From an uncultured Rhodohalobacter sp. (GTDB lineage Bacteria; Bacteroidota; Rhodothermia; Balneolales; Balneolaceae): a stretch of DNA of 37,437 nt. Below, piece after piece: positions 1-8,434 of the stretch (position 1 is the first letter of the stretch; every line of letters begins with the position of its first letter). Below the pieces are notes generated by a model, which saw only the letters and a program-made list of their open reading frames with translations, was not told the origin of the DNA and made no database searches. The stretch covers positions 1 through 37,437 of the forward strand of contig CAZKIZ010000001.1 in assembly GCA_964552935.1 (NCBI GenBank), written 5' to 3'. Made by a program: the position numbers and the translations under genes.

Positions 1-2
1 AC

Positions 3-56
3 TATATCCAAAAGAATTATTCTAAAAACAGTACGCCTCAAGAAGAACCGGCTTAA
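3..56 (+). CDS. Possible 3' end of a gene entering the window (YIQKNYSKNSTPQEEPA*)
   Basis: Frame 3 is open from the window edge to TAA at 54-56, overlapped by a hairpin (GAACCGGC...GCTCGGTTC, 45-67). Too short to verify. Confidence 0.25.
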   Translation, partial: YIQKNYSKNSTPQEEPA

Positions 57-192
57 TAGCTCGGTTCGTCTACTGAGTCTTAATTGAGCATGGTGCTATT
101 GGTTGCAGGTTGCAAACGCCATCATATCCATATTTGTGACCCTGATGAATCACTAAGCATTTTTGTAATGGAAACTGCCTTTCGAGAAATAT

Positions 193-450
193 TTGCTAAT
201 CACTATTGATAGAAACGCTACCATTTCTGGTACGAACTTGATGATCATCAATTCAGAGTTTTCCGAGGATCCAATACCAGTAGTACCTTTTTCTTCGCTT
301 TTACCGGAAAAACAGAAGGAACAAGAATTAATTGGTCAACTGATGCAGTTTACTATTGATTACGATGGAGAACAAAAGACAGTCACTAGTTTTGTTAAAA
401 AAGAGAATCTGAATTTGATCCGTAATCTACCAGTGTATCAATCTGCCTGA
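193..450 (+). CDS. Hypothetical protein or gene remnant, 85 aa
   Basis: ORF track; TTG start; protein-like composition; no recognisable motif; followed by a small hairpin (AAACAC-GATT-GTGTTT). Confidence 0.4.
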   Translation: MLITIDRNATISGTNLMIINSEFSEDPIPVVPFSSLLPEKQKEQELIGQLMQFTIDYDGEQKTVTSFVKKENLNLIRNLPVYQSA

Positions 451-722
451 CAAGCAAACACGATTGTGTTTAGTTGTTGTTTACAATCAATGACTTAGAC
501 ACGCTTCGTATTTACCAAATCGTTATTTATTATCGGCCTGCTGGTCATTATACAATCTACAGTGCAAATATCTGCTCTGCGAGAACCATTCCTGAGGACT
601 GATCCACTACATCAACAATCATTGAATCTAATCTGTATCTCACCAACTGATAAAGGTAGGATAGCTAATCCAATCAGCCGGCTCAAGTAGCTATTGAACT
701 TATCCTTTTATTTGCAGATATT

Positions 723-738
723 ATGTAAGCGCTTACAT
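723..738. promoter_or_regulatory. LacI-family operator
   Basis: Perfect 16-bp palindrome ATGTAAGCGCTTACAT with the central CG typical of LacI/GalR sites, ~100 bp upstream of the LacI gene. Confidence 0.85.
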
Positions 739-838
739 CTTTGGTGAAATTGAGCAATTGTAAGATTTTTCAACAGCAGATGTAGCCTTACCGATAGTTA
801 ACTGGTGAATAACACCAGCAATCAAACCACATCTTCTA

Positions 839-1846
839 TTGCCTAAAACGATATACGATATTGCCAAAGCTGCTAATGTAAGTATTGCTACGGTCTCAAG
901 GGTTTTCAACAAAAAAGGCCGGGTTAAAGAGGAGACCCGCAAGCGGGTGCTAAAAGTTGCGGATGACCTTGGGTATCATCCCCAGGTGTTTGCCCAGGGA
1001 CTGGCCCGGAAAAAAAAGAACAGCATCATGATGTTTGTTCCAATTATGTCGAACCACTTTTTTATGGAAGTTCTTGGCGCAATACAGGATAAACTCACCG
1101 ACAGAAACTTCGAACTGAATATCGTTCATATTACGCCCGATGAAGATGTATTCTCCCAGGTCGAGTATCAGCTGAAGCGTCAATGGGCAGATGGGTACCT
1201 GTTTGTATCGCTCCATTTTGATCTTGCACAGTGGGAGATATTCAAGAAGTTTGATGTACCCATTTCTGTTATTGATGACTCAAATTCACTGTTTGATTCT
1301 GTCTCTGTTGATAACATAGAAGGATCATATTTGGCCACCGAATACTTTATAGAAAAAGGGTACAGACGAATTTCACACCTGACCGCTTACCCAAAAGCAT
1401 TTCCGGTTCGGCAGCGACTGCAAGGGTATAAAAAAGCACTTGAAGATTACGGCATTGACTTCCAAAAAAATCTTGTCAAAAGCGGCAATGATATGTCACG
1501 CGACGGGTTTACCGAACGAAGCGGCTACCAGGCTATGAAAAAGATTTTAGCAATCAACCCGTTACCGGATGCGTGTGTCTGCGCATCAGATATTAAAGCA
1601 ATTGGAGCTTTAAAAGCGATGAATGAGCAGGAGACACATATACCAATGATTAGCTACGATAATTTAACCATAGCAGAATATATAGGTCTTTCTACTGTTC
1701 ATCAGCCCATTTATGAAATGGGAGAAAAGGCAACTGAAAGCCTGATTAAACGAATCGAAAATCCTTCATTACATCCTTCAAAAACGATTTATAACCCGGA
1801 ACTGGTGATAAGATCATCATCCGAAATAGAAGCAACTATTCAATAA
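839..1846 (+). CDS. LacI-family transcriptional regulator (starch/maltose locus)
   Basis: N-terminal HTH TIYDIAKAANVSIATVSRVFN, hinge YHPQVFAQGLA, sugar-binding-type C-terminus ending ELVIRSS; TTG start. Confidence 0.95.
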   Translation: MPKTIYDIAKAANVSIATVSRVFNKKGRVKEETRKRVLKVADDLGYHPQVFAQGLARKKKNSIMMFVPIMSNHFFMEVLGAIQDKLTDRNFELNIVHITPDEDVFSQVEYQLKRQWADGYLFVSLHFDLAQWEIFKKFDVPISVIDDSNSLFDSVSVDNIEGSYLATEYFIEKGYRRISHLTAYPKAFPVRQRLQGYKKALEDYGIDFQKNLVKSGNDMSRDGFTERSGYQAMKKILAINPLPDACVCASDIKAIGALKAMNEQETHIPMISYDNLTIAEYIGLSTVHQPIYEMGEKATESLIKRIENPSLHPSKTIYNPELVIRSSSEIEATIQ

Positions 1847-1857
1847 AACTCACGAAT

Positions 1858-4782
1858 ATGAAAACAAAATATTACTCATTCCTGTTTTTGATTGCGTCAT
1901 TATTCATTGCGCAGCTACCTGTCACCCTGTTTGGACAGGCTGTTCAAACTGATCCCGCATTTCCAACTGAGGATCAACCGGTAACCATTGTCTTTGATGT
2001 TTCGGAGACACAACGAAATGATCTCGAAGGGTTTACAGGCGATGTGTATGCCCACACCGGAGTCATTCTCAATGAGTCTAATAAAAACAGCGGCAACTGG
2101 CAGTATGTGATCTCAGATTGGCCGGTTGATATTCCCCGAGCCCAGCTTACTTCTCTTGGAGATGACAAGTGGGAGCTCCAGATTGATGATATCAGGGAAT
2201 ATTATGAAATACCCGATTCTGAAGATCCGGTTCTCCAGCTTGCATTTGTTCTCAGAAACAGTGCCGGAACGCTTCAAACAGAAGACCTTTTTGTTGATCT
2301 CTTTGAGGATGAACTGAGCGTGCGGTTCAATCGTCCCAATGTATCGCGGTTAAATCCCTATTTTGCAGAGCTAAATGAGTCCGTAGAGTTTGAAATAGTG
2401 GGTTCTGCCCCGGCAGGAACACTCACCTCGATTACACTTTTTGAAGGTGAAAACGAAATTGCATCTGCCTCAGACAGCAATACCTTAGAGTATACCTACA
2501 CGGTTTCTTCTACAGGGCGGACCGATTTTTTTGTAGTCGCTGAAGATGAATCAGCAGCTACTGTTCGCGATTCGGTTTTTATCATCGTAAATCCGGATGT
2601 GCCTGTTCAGCCCCGCCCCGATGGAATTGAAGACGGAATTACCTATCACGATGGGGACGACTCTAAAGTCACGTTCTCTTTCTACGCCCCGGATAAGGAA
2701 TTTGCTTATCTGCTGGGAGATTTTAATGACTGGGAAGTTAATCCCGATTATTTTATGGCCCGCGATGAAACCGGGAATTTTGATGGGTACCACTACTGGC
2801 TGGAGGTAGACGGACTTGAGCCGGGACAAGAGTACGCCTTCCAGTACTTTGTTGAAGGTGAAATCCGCGTGGCAGATCTCTATTCCGATAAGGTACTGGA
2901 CCCATGGAATGATCAGTTCCTGATATCAGACGGCACGTATCCCGACCTGATGCCGTACCCGCAAGGGCTGACCGAAGGCATTGTTGGAGTGATTCATCCG
3001 GGAGCGGATCCGTACGACTGGCAGGTAACAGATTTTCAGCGGCCAAAAGCTGAAGAGCTGATCATTTACGAACTGGTGATCCGCGATTTCTTTGATCACG
3101 GCACGTATGCGAACCTGGCCGACACGCTCGATTATTTTGAGCGGCTTGGTGTAAACGCTATTGAACTGATGCCGGTCTCGCAGTTTGACGGAAACATCAG
3201 CTGGGGATACAATCCGTCGTTCCATTTTGCGCTGGAGAAAGCGTACGGTCCCGCAGAAGACTTTAAACGATTTGTAGATGAGGCGCATCAGCGCGGCATA
3301 GCGGTCATCCTTGATGTGGTGTACAATCACGCGACGGACCAGTCTCCGCTAATCAGACTGAAGGGCAGCGATCACAATGAGAATCCGCTTGTTGGACCGG
3401 GGCACGCCTACAACGTATTTAATCACCTGAATCACGACCATCCCTACATTCAGTACTGGCTGGATCGGGCAAATGCTCACTGGCTCGAAAAGTATAACGT
3501 AGATGGATTCCGTTTCGACCTCACAAAAGGCTTTGCAGCCAATCCCGGCATCAGTTCAAATGTGGACAGCTACAACCAGGGCAGGGTAGATAACCTCAAA
3601 CGGATGGGAGATGCGATGTGGAGCGCCGATCCGGATGCATACATCATTCTTGAGCATTTTCAGCGACAGGAAGAGATAGAACTTTCGGCCTACGGCCGTG
3701 ATGAGGGTTTCCAGGGAATGATGTTCTGGAACAATATGAACAATCAGTTTTCTGAAGCCAACATGGGATACCCATCGAACCTCTCCGCAACCTACTTTGG
3801 TAATATTGACGGACTTGGGGAGGCAAACGCCATTACCTATATGGAAAGTCATGACGAACAGTGGACGATGCTGAAAAACCGAAAATTTGCAAATGTAAGT
3901 CCCGACGGAAGCCACGATGCAACCGACGTTCGCACCGCACTAGAGCGCAAAAAGACCGCTGGTGCATTCTTTCTAACGGTGCCCGGCCCGCGTATGCTGT
4001 GGCAGTTTGGGGAACTCGGCTACGGTGGTGGCCCCGGTGAGTGCCTGAAACCGGGTGACGGTTCAGACGGCGATTGCGAAGCCTCCGATCCCGGACGGAC
4101 GGACCCCAAGCCGGTGCGATGGGACTACTACGAAGTTCCGGCCCGATTTAACCTTTACAGATCCTGGAGTGAGATGCTGAGATTGAGGCACGAAAACCCG
4201 GTCTTCAGAAGCATGGAAACTACGGTTGAGTCATCCCTCGCAGGTACGGTTAAATGGATGAGATTGCTCCATGAAGATATGGACGCTATGATCATCGGCA
4301 ACTTTGGTGTTGAACCGGAAACATCCACGCTTACTTTCCCCGGTGCCGGTGTTTGGTACGACTTTGTGCTTGGTGAAGAACTGACAATTGAATCGGCTGA
4401 TCACACCTTTGATCTGCAGCCGGGTGAAGTTCGCATTTACACATCTGAGTTTGTGGAACCTGCTGGAGAAAATGTGTTTGTCAGCGCTGAAAGAAACGAG
4501 CAAAACACGCAGCCTGAAGCGTTCCGGCTGAATCCCAACTATCCAAACCCATTTAATCCTACCACAAACATCTCGTATGAAGTGCCGGAAAGTGCTCCGG
4601 TTGTGATTACCATTTATGATATGCTTGGAAGAGAAGTGTCAACGCTTGTGAACGAGAACCGACATCCTGCCGGGTCGTTTACAGTTACGTTTGATGCTTC
4701 AGGACTGAGCAGCGGTATCTACTTCACACGACTTGAAAGCGGATCAACGTCGGTAACAAGAAAAATGTCTCTGATTAAATAG
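1858..4782 (+). CDS. Secreted GH13 alpha-amylase-family enzyme with CBM48-like/Ig domains and T9SS C-terminal sorting domain
   Basis: Signal peptide; WGYNP, ILDVVYNH, catalytic DGFRFD / ILEH / ESHDE; C-terminal NYPNPFNPTTNISY...LSSGIYF...KMSLIK sorting tail. Confidence 0.93.
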   Translation: MKTKYYSFLFLIASLFIAQLPVTLFGQAVQTDPAFPTEDQPVTIVFDVSETQRNDLEGFTGDVYAHTGVILNESNKNSGNWQYVISDWPVDIPRAQLTSLGDDKWELQIDDIREYYEIPDSEDPVLQLAFVLRNSAGTLQTEDLFVDLFEDELSVRFNRPNVSRLNPYFAELNESVEFEIVGSAPAGTLTSITLFEGENEIASASDSNTLEYTYTVSSTGRTDFFVVAEDESAATVRDSVFIIVNPDVPVQPRPDGIEDGITYHDGDDSKVTFSFYAPDKEFAYLLGDFNDWEVNPDYFMARDETGNFDGYHYWLEVDGLEPGQEYAFQYFVEGEIRVADLYSDKVLDPWNDQFLISDGTYPDLMPYPQGLTEGIVGVIHPGADPYDWQVTDFQRPKAEELIIYELVIRDFFDHGTYANLADTLDYFERLGVNAIELMPVSQFDGNISWGYNPSFHFALEKAYGPAEDFKRFVDEAHQRGIAVILDVVYNHATDQSPLIRLKGSDHNENPLVGPGHAYNVFNHLNHDHPYIQYWLDRANAHWLEKYNVDGFRFDLTKGFAANPGISSNVDSYNQGRVDNLKRMGDAMWSADPDAYIILEHFQRQEEIELSAYGRDEGFQGMMFWNNMNNQFSEANMGYPSNLSATYFGNIDGLGEANAITYMESHDEQWTMLKNRKFANVSPDGSHDATDVRTALERKKTAGAFFLTVPGPRMLWQFGELGYGGGPGECLKPGDGSDGDCEASDPGRTDPKPVRWDYYEVPARFNLYRSWSEMLRLRHENPVFRSMETTVESSLAGTVKWMRLLHEDMDAMIIGNFGVEPETSTLTFPGAGVWYDFVLGEELTIESADHTFDLQPGEVRIYTSEFVEPAGENVFVSAERNEQNTQPEAFRLNPNYPNPFNPTTNISYEVPESAPVVITIYDMLGREVSTLVNENRHPAGSFTVTFDASGLSSGIYFTRLESGSTSVTRKMSLIK

Positions 4783-4815
4783 TGATCTTTTTCAATCCAA
4801 TCGGTACATCATTTA

Positions 4816-6195
4816 ATGAATATGGATAACGAAATGAAAACAGGGTTTAAAAATTGGTGGACGATTCTGCCACTGCTGGCCGGGCTGATATTTTTAGTAT
4901 CGGCATGCGGTGAACCGGAACAGAATGAATATAAGGCGACTCCGCCCGAATGGTCGTATAACGCGACTATTTACGAGGTTAACATTCGCCAGAATACACC
5001 TGAAGGAACCTTCAATGCGTTTGCTGAAGATATCCCGCGACTGAAGGAGATGGGGGTGAAAATCCTCTGGCTGATGCCTATTCATCCTATCGGTGAAAAG
5101 AACCGTAAAGGAACACTTGGCAGCTACTACTCCATTGTGGATTATACGGGTGTAAATCCTGAGTTTGGAACCAAAGAAGACTTCCGGAACCTGGTTCAGA
5201 AAGCTCATGATCACGATATGAAGCTGATCCTGGACTGGGTTGCCAACCACACGGCCTGGGATGCTGTTTGGACCGAAACCAATCCCGAATTCTACGAAAC
5301 GGATGAGGAGGGGAATTTTTTCCCGCCTGTTGACGACTGGGAGGATGTAATTCAGCTTGATGTTGAGAACCCCGAGATGCAGGAACAGATGATTCAGGCG
5401 ATGGAGTACTGGGTTCGTGATTACGGGGTGGACGGCTATCGCGCTGATGTTGCATACATGGTACCCACCGACTTTTGGGTTCAGGCCCGTGAGCGTCTCG
5501 ATCAGATCAAGCCTGTATTTATGCTGGCTGAGGCTGAAGAGCCGGAACTGCACCGCGCATTCGACATGTCATACGCATGGGACTATGCCCAGACCATACG
5601 GGATATCGGTTCGGGTGAAGCAGATCTCTCTGATCTCGACGAAGCACTGAGCACCAATTTTGAACGCTTTAACCGAAGTGATTTCAGAATGTTTTTCACA
5701 ACCAACCATGATGAAAATTCGTGGTCGGGAAGTGATCCGGATCTATATGGCGAAAATTTCGAAAACTTTGCGGTTCTCTCAGCAACTGTCTGGGGGATGC
5801 CGCTGGTCTATAACGGCCAAGAATCGGGCCTGGACAAACAGCTGGAATTTTTTGAAAAAGATGAAATTGAGTGGGGCGACTATAAATATGAAGAGTTCTA
5901 CAGAACGCTGCTGCACCTGAACCGTGATAACCGTTCTTTATGGAATGGTGAACAGGGTGGAAGCTACCTTAAATCATCTACCGACCGTGATGATGTGATC
6001 TTTTCATACAAGCGGGTTACAGACAGTGATCGCGTTTTTGTGGTGCTCAATTTTTCAGATGAAGAGGTTGAGTTTACGTTCGATTCAGGAAGTCAGGGTG
6101 TTTGGAATGATGTTTTTTCCGGTGATGAAGTTGAAATAAATGCTACCATGCGGCTGGATAGCCATTCTTACAAACTCCTGGAAAGACGGCAATAG
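4816..6195 (+). CDS. Lipoprotein GH13 alpha-amylase/maltodextrin hydrolase
   Basis: Lipobox LVSA-C; LILDWVANH, DGYRAD, MLAEA, TTNHDEN motifs. The true start may be a downstream Met. Confidence 0.92.
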   Translation: MNMDNEMKTGFKNWWTILPLLAGLIFLVSACGEPEQNEYKATPPEWSYNATIYEVNIRQNTPEGTFNAFAEDIPRLKEMGVKILWLMPIHPIGEKNRKGTLGSYYSIVDYTGVNPEFGTKEDFRNLVQKAHDHDMKLILDWVANHTAWDAVWTETNPEFYETDEEGNFFPPVDDWEDVIQLDVENPEMQEQMIQAMEYWVRDYGVDGYRADVAYMVPTDFWVQARERLDQIKPVFMLAEAEEPELHRAFDMSYAWDYAQTIRDIGSGEADLSDLDEALSTNFERFNRSDFRMFFTTNHDENSWSGSDPDLYGENFENFAVLSATVWGMPLVYNGQESGLDKQLEFFEKDEIEWGDYKYEEFYRTLLHLNRDNRSLWNGEQGGSYLKSSTDRDDVIFSYKRVTDSDRVFVVLNFSDEEVEFTFDSGSQGVWNDVFSGDEVEINATMRLDSHSYKLLERRQ

Positions 6196-6232
6196 ATTAA
6201 GACTCATAAATTTCCATAATTAACTACGAAAT

Positions 6233-7846
6233 ATGAAACCACAACCACGCCCCCGACTAAGTTTTTGGCAAATCTGGAACATGAGTTTTGGATTTATGGG
6301 CATCCAGTTCGGTTTTGCACTTCAAAATGCAAACGTGAGCCGGATTTTTGAAACACTTGGCGCCAATGTTGATCTGATTCCTATTCTCTGGCTTGCGGCT
6401 CCCGTAACCGGCTTGGTTATTCAACCGATCGTCGGCTATTTCAGCGATCGCACCTGGACCCGGCTTGGACGCAGAAGGCCCTACTTTCTTTGGGGGGCGA
6501 TCTTTGCATCGGCCGCGCTCATTGTGATGCCAAACTCTCCCTATCTCTGGGTGGCAGCCGGTATGCTCTGGATTTTAGACGCCTCCATCAACATCTCGAT
6601 GGAACCATTTCGTGCATACGTAGGGGATATGCTCCCTTCGGATCAGCGAACGAAAGGATTTGCCATGCAGAGTTTCTTTATTGGAACCGGAGCCGTAGTT
6701 GCATCGGCTCTGCCATGGATCATGACAAACCTGTTTAACGTCGCCAATACAGCTCCTGAAGGAATGATACCGCCATCTGTAAAATGGTCGTTCTACATTG
6801 GCGGTGCAATATTTTTACTTGCGGTTATGTGGACGGTGTTTCGATCACATGAATACACACCCGAAGAGCTTGAAGCATTTGAGGAGTATGAAAACGATCT
6901 GATTGAGGACTCCGGCGAAGTAAAGCGCGAAATACCGATTGAAGCAGGAGAGGGGCAGAAAAAAATAACGTTTGGCTATATCTTCACCTTCTTGGGTATT
7001 TTGACATCAGCGGGAGTTTATTTTGGTCAGTACGACGTTGAACTTTACATTCTGACGGTTGGTGTGTTGGTTCTCGGCCTGATTTCACTCATCGCCGGAT
7101 TTATTCAGCGCGGGGGAAATACAGAACAAGGGCTGGTAGTGGTGGTACACGACTTTTTAACCATGCCCAAAACCATGATTCAGCTCGCTGTGGTACAGTT
7201 TTTCTCATGGTTCGCCCTGTTCGCTATGTGGATCTATACCACGGCGGCGGTAACGTCTCATATTTACGGAACCAGCGACACAACCTCTGCTCTCTATAAT
7301 GAAGGTGCCGACTGGGTTGGAATACTGTTTGCGGTGTACAATGGGTTTGCTGCTGTCATTGCTTTTGGACTTGCCCCGATGGCCAAAGCCACAAGCCGAA
7401 AAATAGTGCATGCCGGAGCACTTGTTGTTGGCGGGCTCAGTCTGATAGGCATCTACTTTTTAAACTTTTCCGTTGATACCACTCTTTTTGGTGTCGATCT
7501 GGTTATAACATCACCTATGCTCTTAGTTATACCTATGATCGGTATTGGACTGGCCTGGGCCAGTATTTTGGCAATGCCGTACGCTATTCTAGCCGGATCA
7601 CTCCCGGCAAAAAAGATGGGTCTCTACATGGGGATATTTAACTTCTTTATTGTCATTCCGCAGATCATTGCGGCCAGTATGCTTGGGTTTATTACCCGGA
7701 ACTGGTTCAGCGGCGAGGCGATCTTCTCCCTTATGCTTGGAGGGGCGGCCATGATTATTGCAGCCTGCAGCATGTATTTTGTAGATGATGTAGATGCCGA
7801 CCTCGATTCTGAAGAGATGGAAGCCGCGGGACTGCCGGGTGAATAG
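6233..7846 (+). CDS. MFS sugar:H+ symporter (maltose/sucrose, SLC45-like)
   Basis: LSFWQIWNMSFGFMGIQFGFALQ N-terminus, SDRTWTRLGRRRPY motif A, GLYMGIFNFFIVIPQ; many TM segments; GH13 context. Confidence 0.92.
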   Translation: MKPQPRPRLSFWQIWNMSFGFMGIQFGFALQNANVSRIFETLGANVDLIPILWLAAPVTGLVIQPIVGYFSDRTWTRLGRRRPYFLWGAIFASAALIVMPNSPYLWVAAGMLWILDASINISMEPFRAYVGDMLPSDQRTKGFAMQSFFIGTGAVVASALPWIMTNLFNVANTAPEGMIPPSVKWSFYIGGAIFLLAVMWTVFRSHEYTPEELEAFEEYENDLIEDSGEVKREIPIEAGEGQKKITFGYIFTFLGILTSAGVYFGQYDVELYILTVGVLVLGLISLIAGFIQRGGNTEQGLVVVVHDFLTMPKTMIQLAVVQFFSWFALFAMWIYTTAAVTSHIYGTSDTTSALYNEGADWVGILFAVYNGFAAVIAFGLAPMAKATSRKIVHAGALVVGGLSLIGIYFLNFSVDTTLFGVDLVITSPMLLVIPMIGIGLAWASILAMPYAILAGSLPAKKMGLYMGIFNFFIVIPQIIAASMLGFITRNWFSGEAIFSLMLGGAAMIIAACSMYFVDDVDADLDSEEMEAAGLPGE

Positions 7847-7963
7847 CTTTTTTTGTGCAATTATCATCAATTATTCTGAGACGTACAGATCGATCTGCGT
7901 AAAGAGGTAATATTTGTTGATAGTAGCAGTGCAAAATCCTATATTCTGTGCTTTGCAATATTT

Positions 7964-8052
7964 GGAGGGGTGCCAGAGTGGTCGAATGGGCTCGCCTGGA
8001 AAGCGTGTGTATCTCGAAAGAGATACCGAGGGTTCGAATCCCTCCCCCTCCG
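7964..8052 (+). tRNA. tRNA-Ser (anticodon GGA)
   Basis: Acceptor GGAGGGG/CCCCTCC plus discriminator G, anticodon loop CT-GGA-AA, long variable arm (GTATCTC-GAAA-GAGATAC), T-loop GGTTCGAATCC; CCA not encoded. Confidence 0.96.
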
Positions 8053-8065
8053 CTGAATCAAATTT

Positions 8066-8103
8066 AGCGTGGTCTGATTAATCATCGGGCCGCGCTTTTT
8101 TTT
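8066..8103 (+). terminator. Rho-independent terminator after tRNA-Ser
   Basis: AGCGTGGTCTGAT / ATCGGGCCGCGCT stem (several G-U pairs) followed by a T8 run. Confidence 0.8.
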
Positions 8104-8186
8104 ATGGAAATTGGTTCCCTTCCCCTGATTAACCGACAGATTCCGCACGAGTAAAATACCTGCCCGTCATTAACTTGCGATCCCGT

Positions 8187-8214
8187 TTTAGTTTTATGGT
8201 GCTCCGGCCGATAA
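8187..8214 (+). promoter_or_regulatory. Candidate sigma28 (FliA)-type promoter upstream of pilB
   Basis: Exact GCCGATAA at 8207-8214 with TTTAGTTT (6/8 match to TAAAGTTT) 12 nt upstream. Confidence 0.4.
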
Positions 8215-8434
8215 AAAGAGTACTCATTACAGGACGCTCAATCGACAGTACGCTATTGAATTGCGTTGACCATCAATTGCATTGAAGCAGAACATGAGAC
8301 TGACAGACGCTGGATGATACTCTTTTCACAAAAAATCAAAGCCATGAAGAGAAGCTATATAAATTGCGTGAACAGCTGGAGCATAAAAATACCCTGCATT
8401 AATTAGACCGTGAATCAGAAGTAAATACTTAGGA

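Noticed and set aside
105-180. Hammerhead-like words CTGATGA...GAAAC
   Set aside because: The stem II closing pair is wrong and stems I and III do not pair convincingly.
8304-8402. Protein-like short frame QTLDDTLFTK...EHKNTLH* upstream of pilB
   Set aside because: Bounded by an in-frame stop, with no ATG/GTG/TTG near its 5' end; only about 32 codons.
8104-8434. c-di-GMP riboswitch in the pilB leader
   Set aside because: No GEMM-type motif or tetraloop/receptor pair found.
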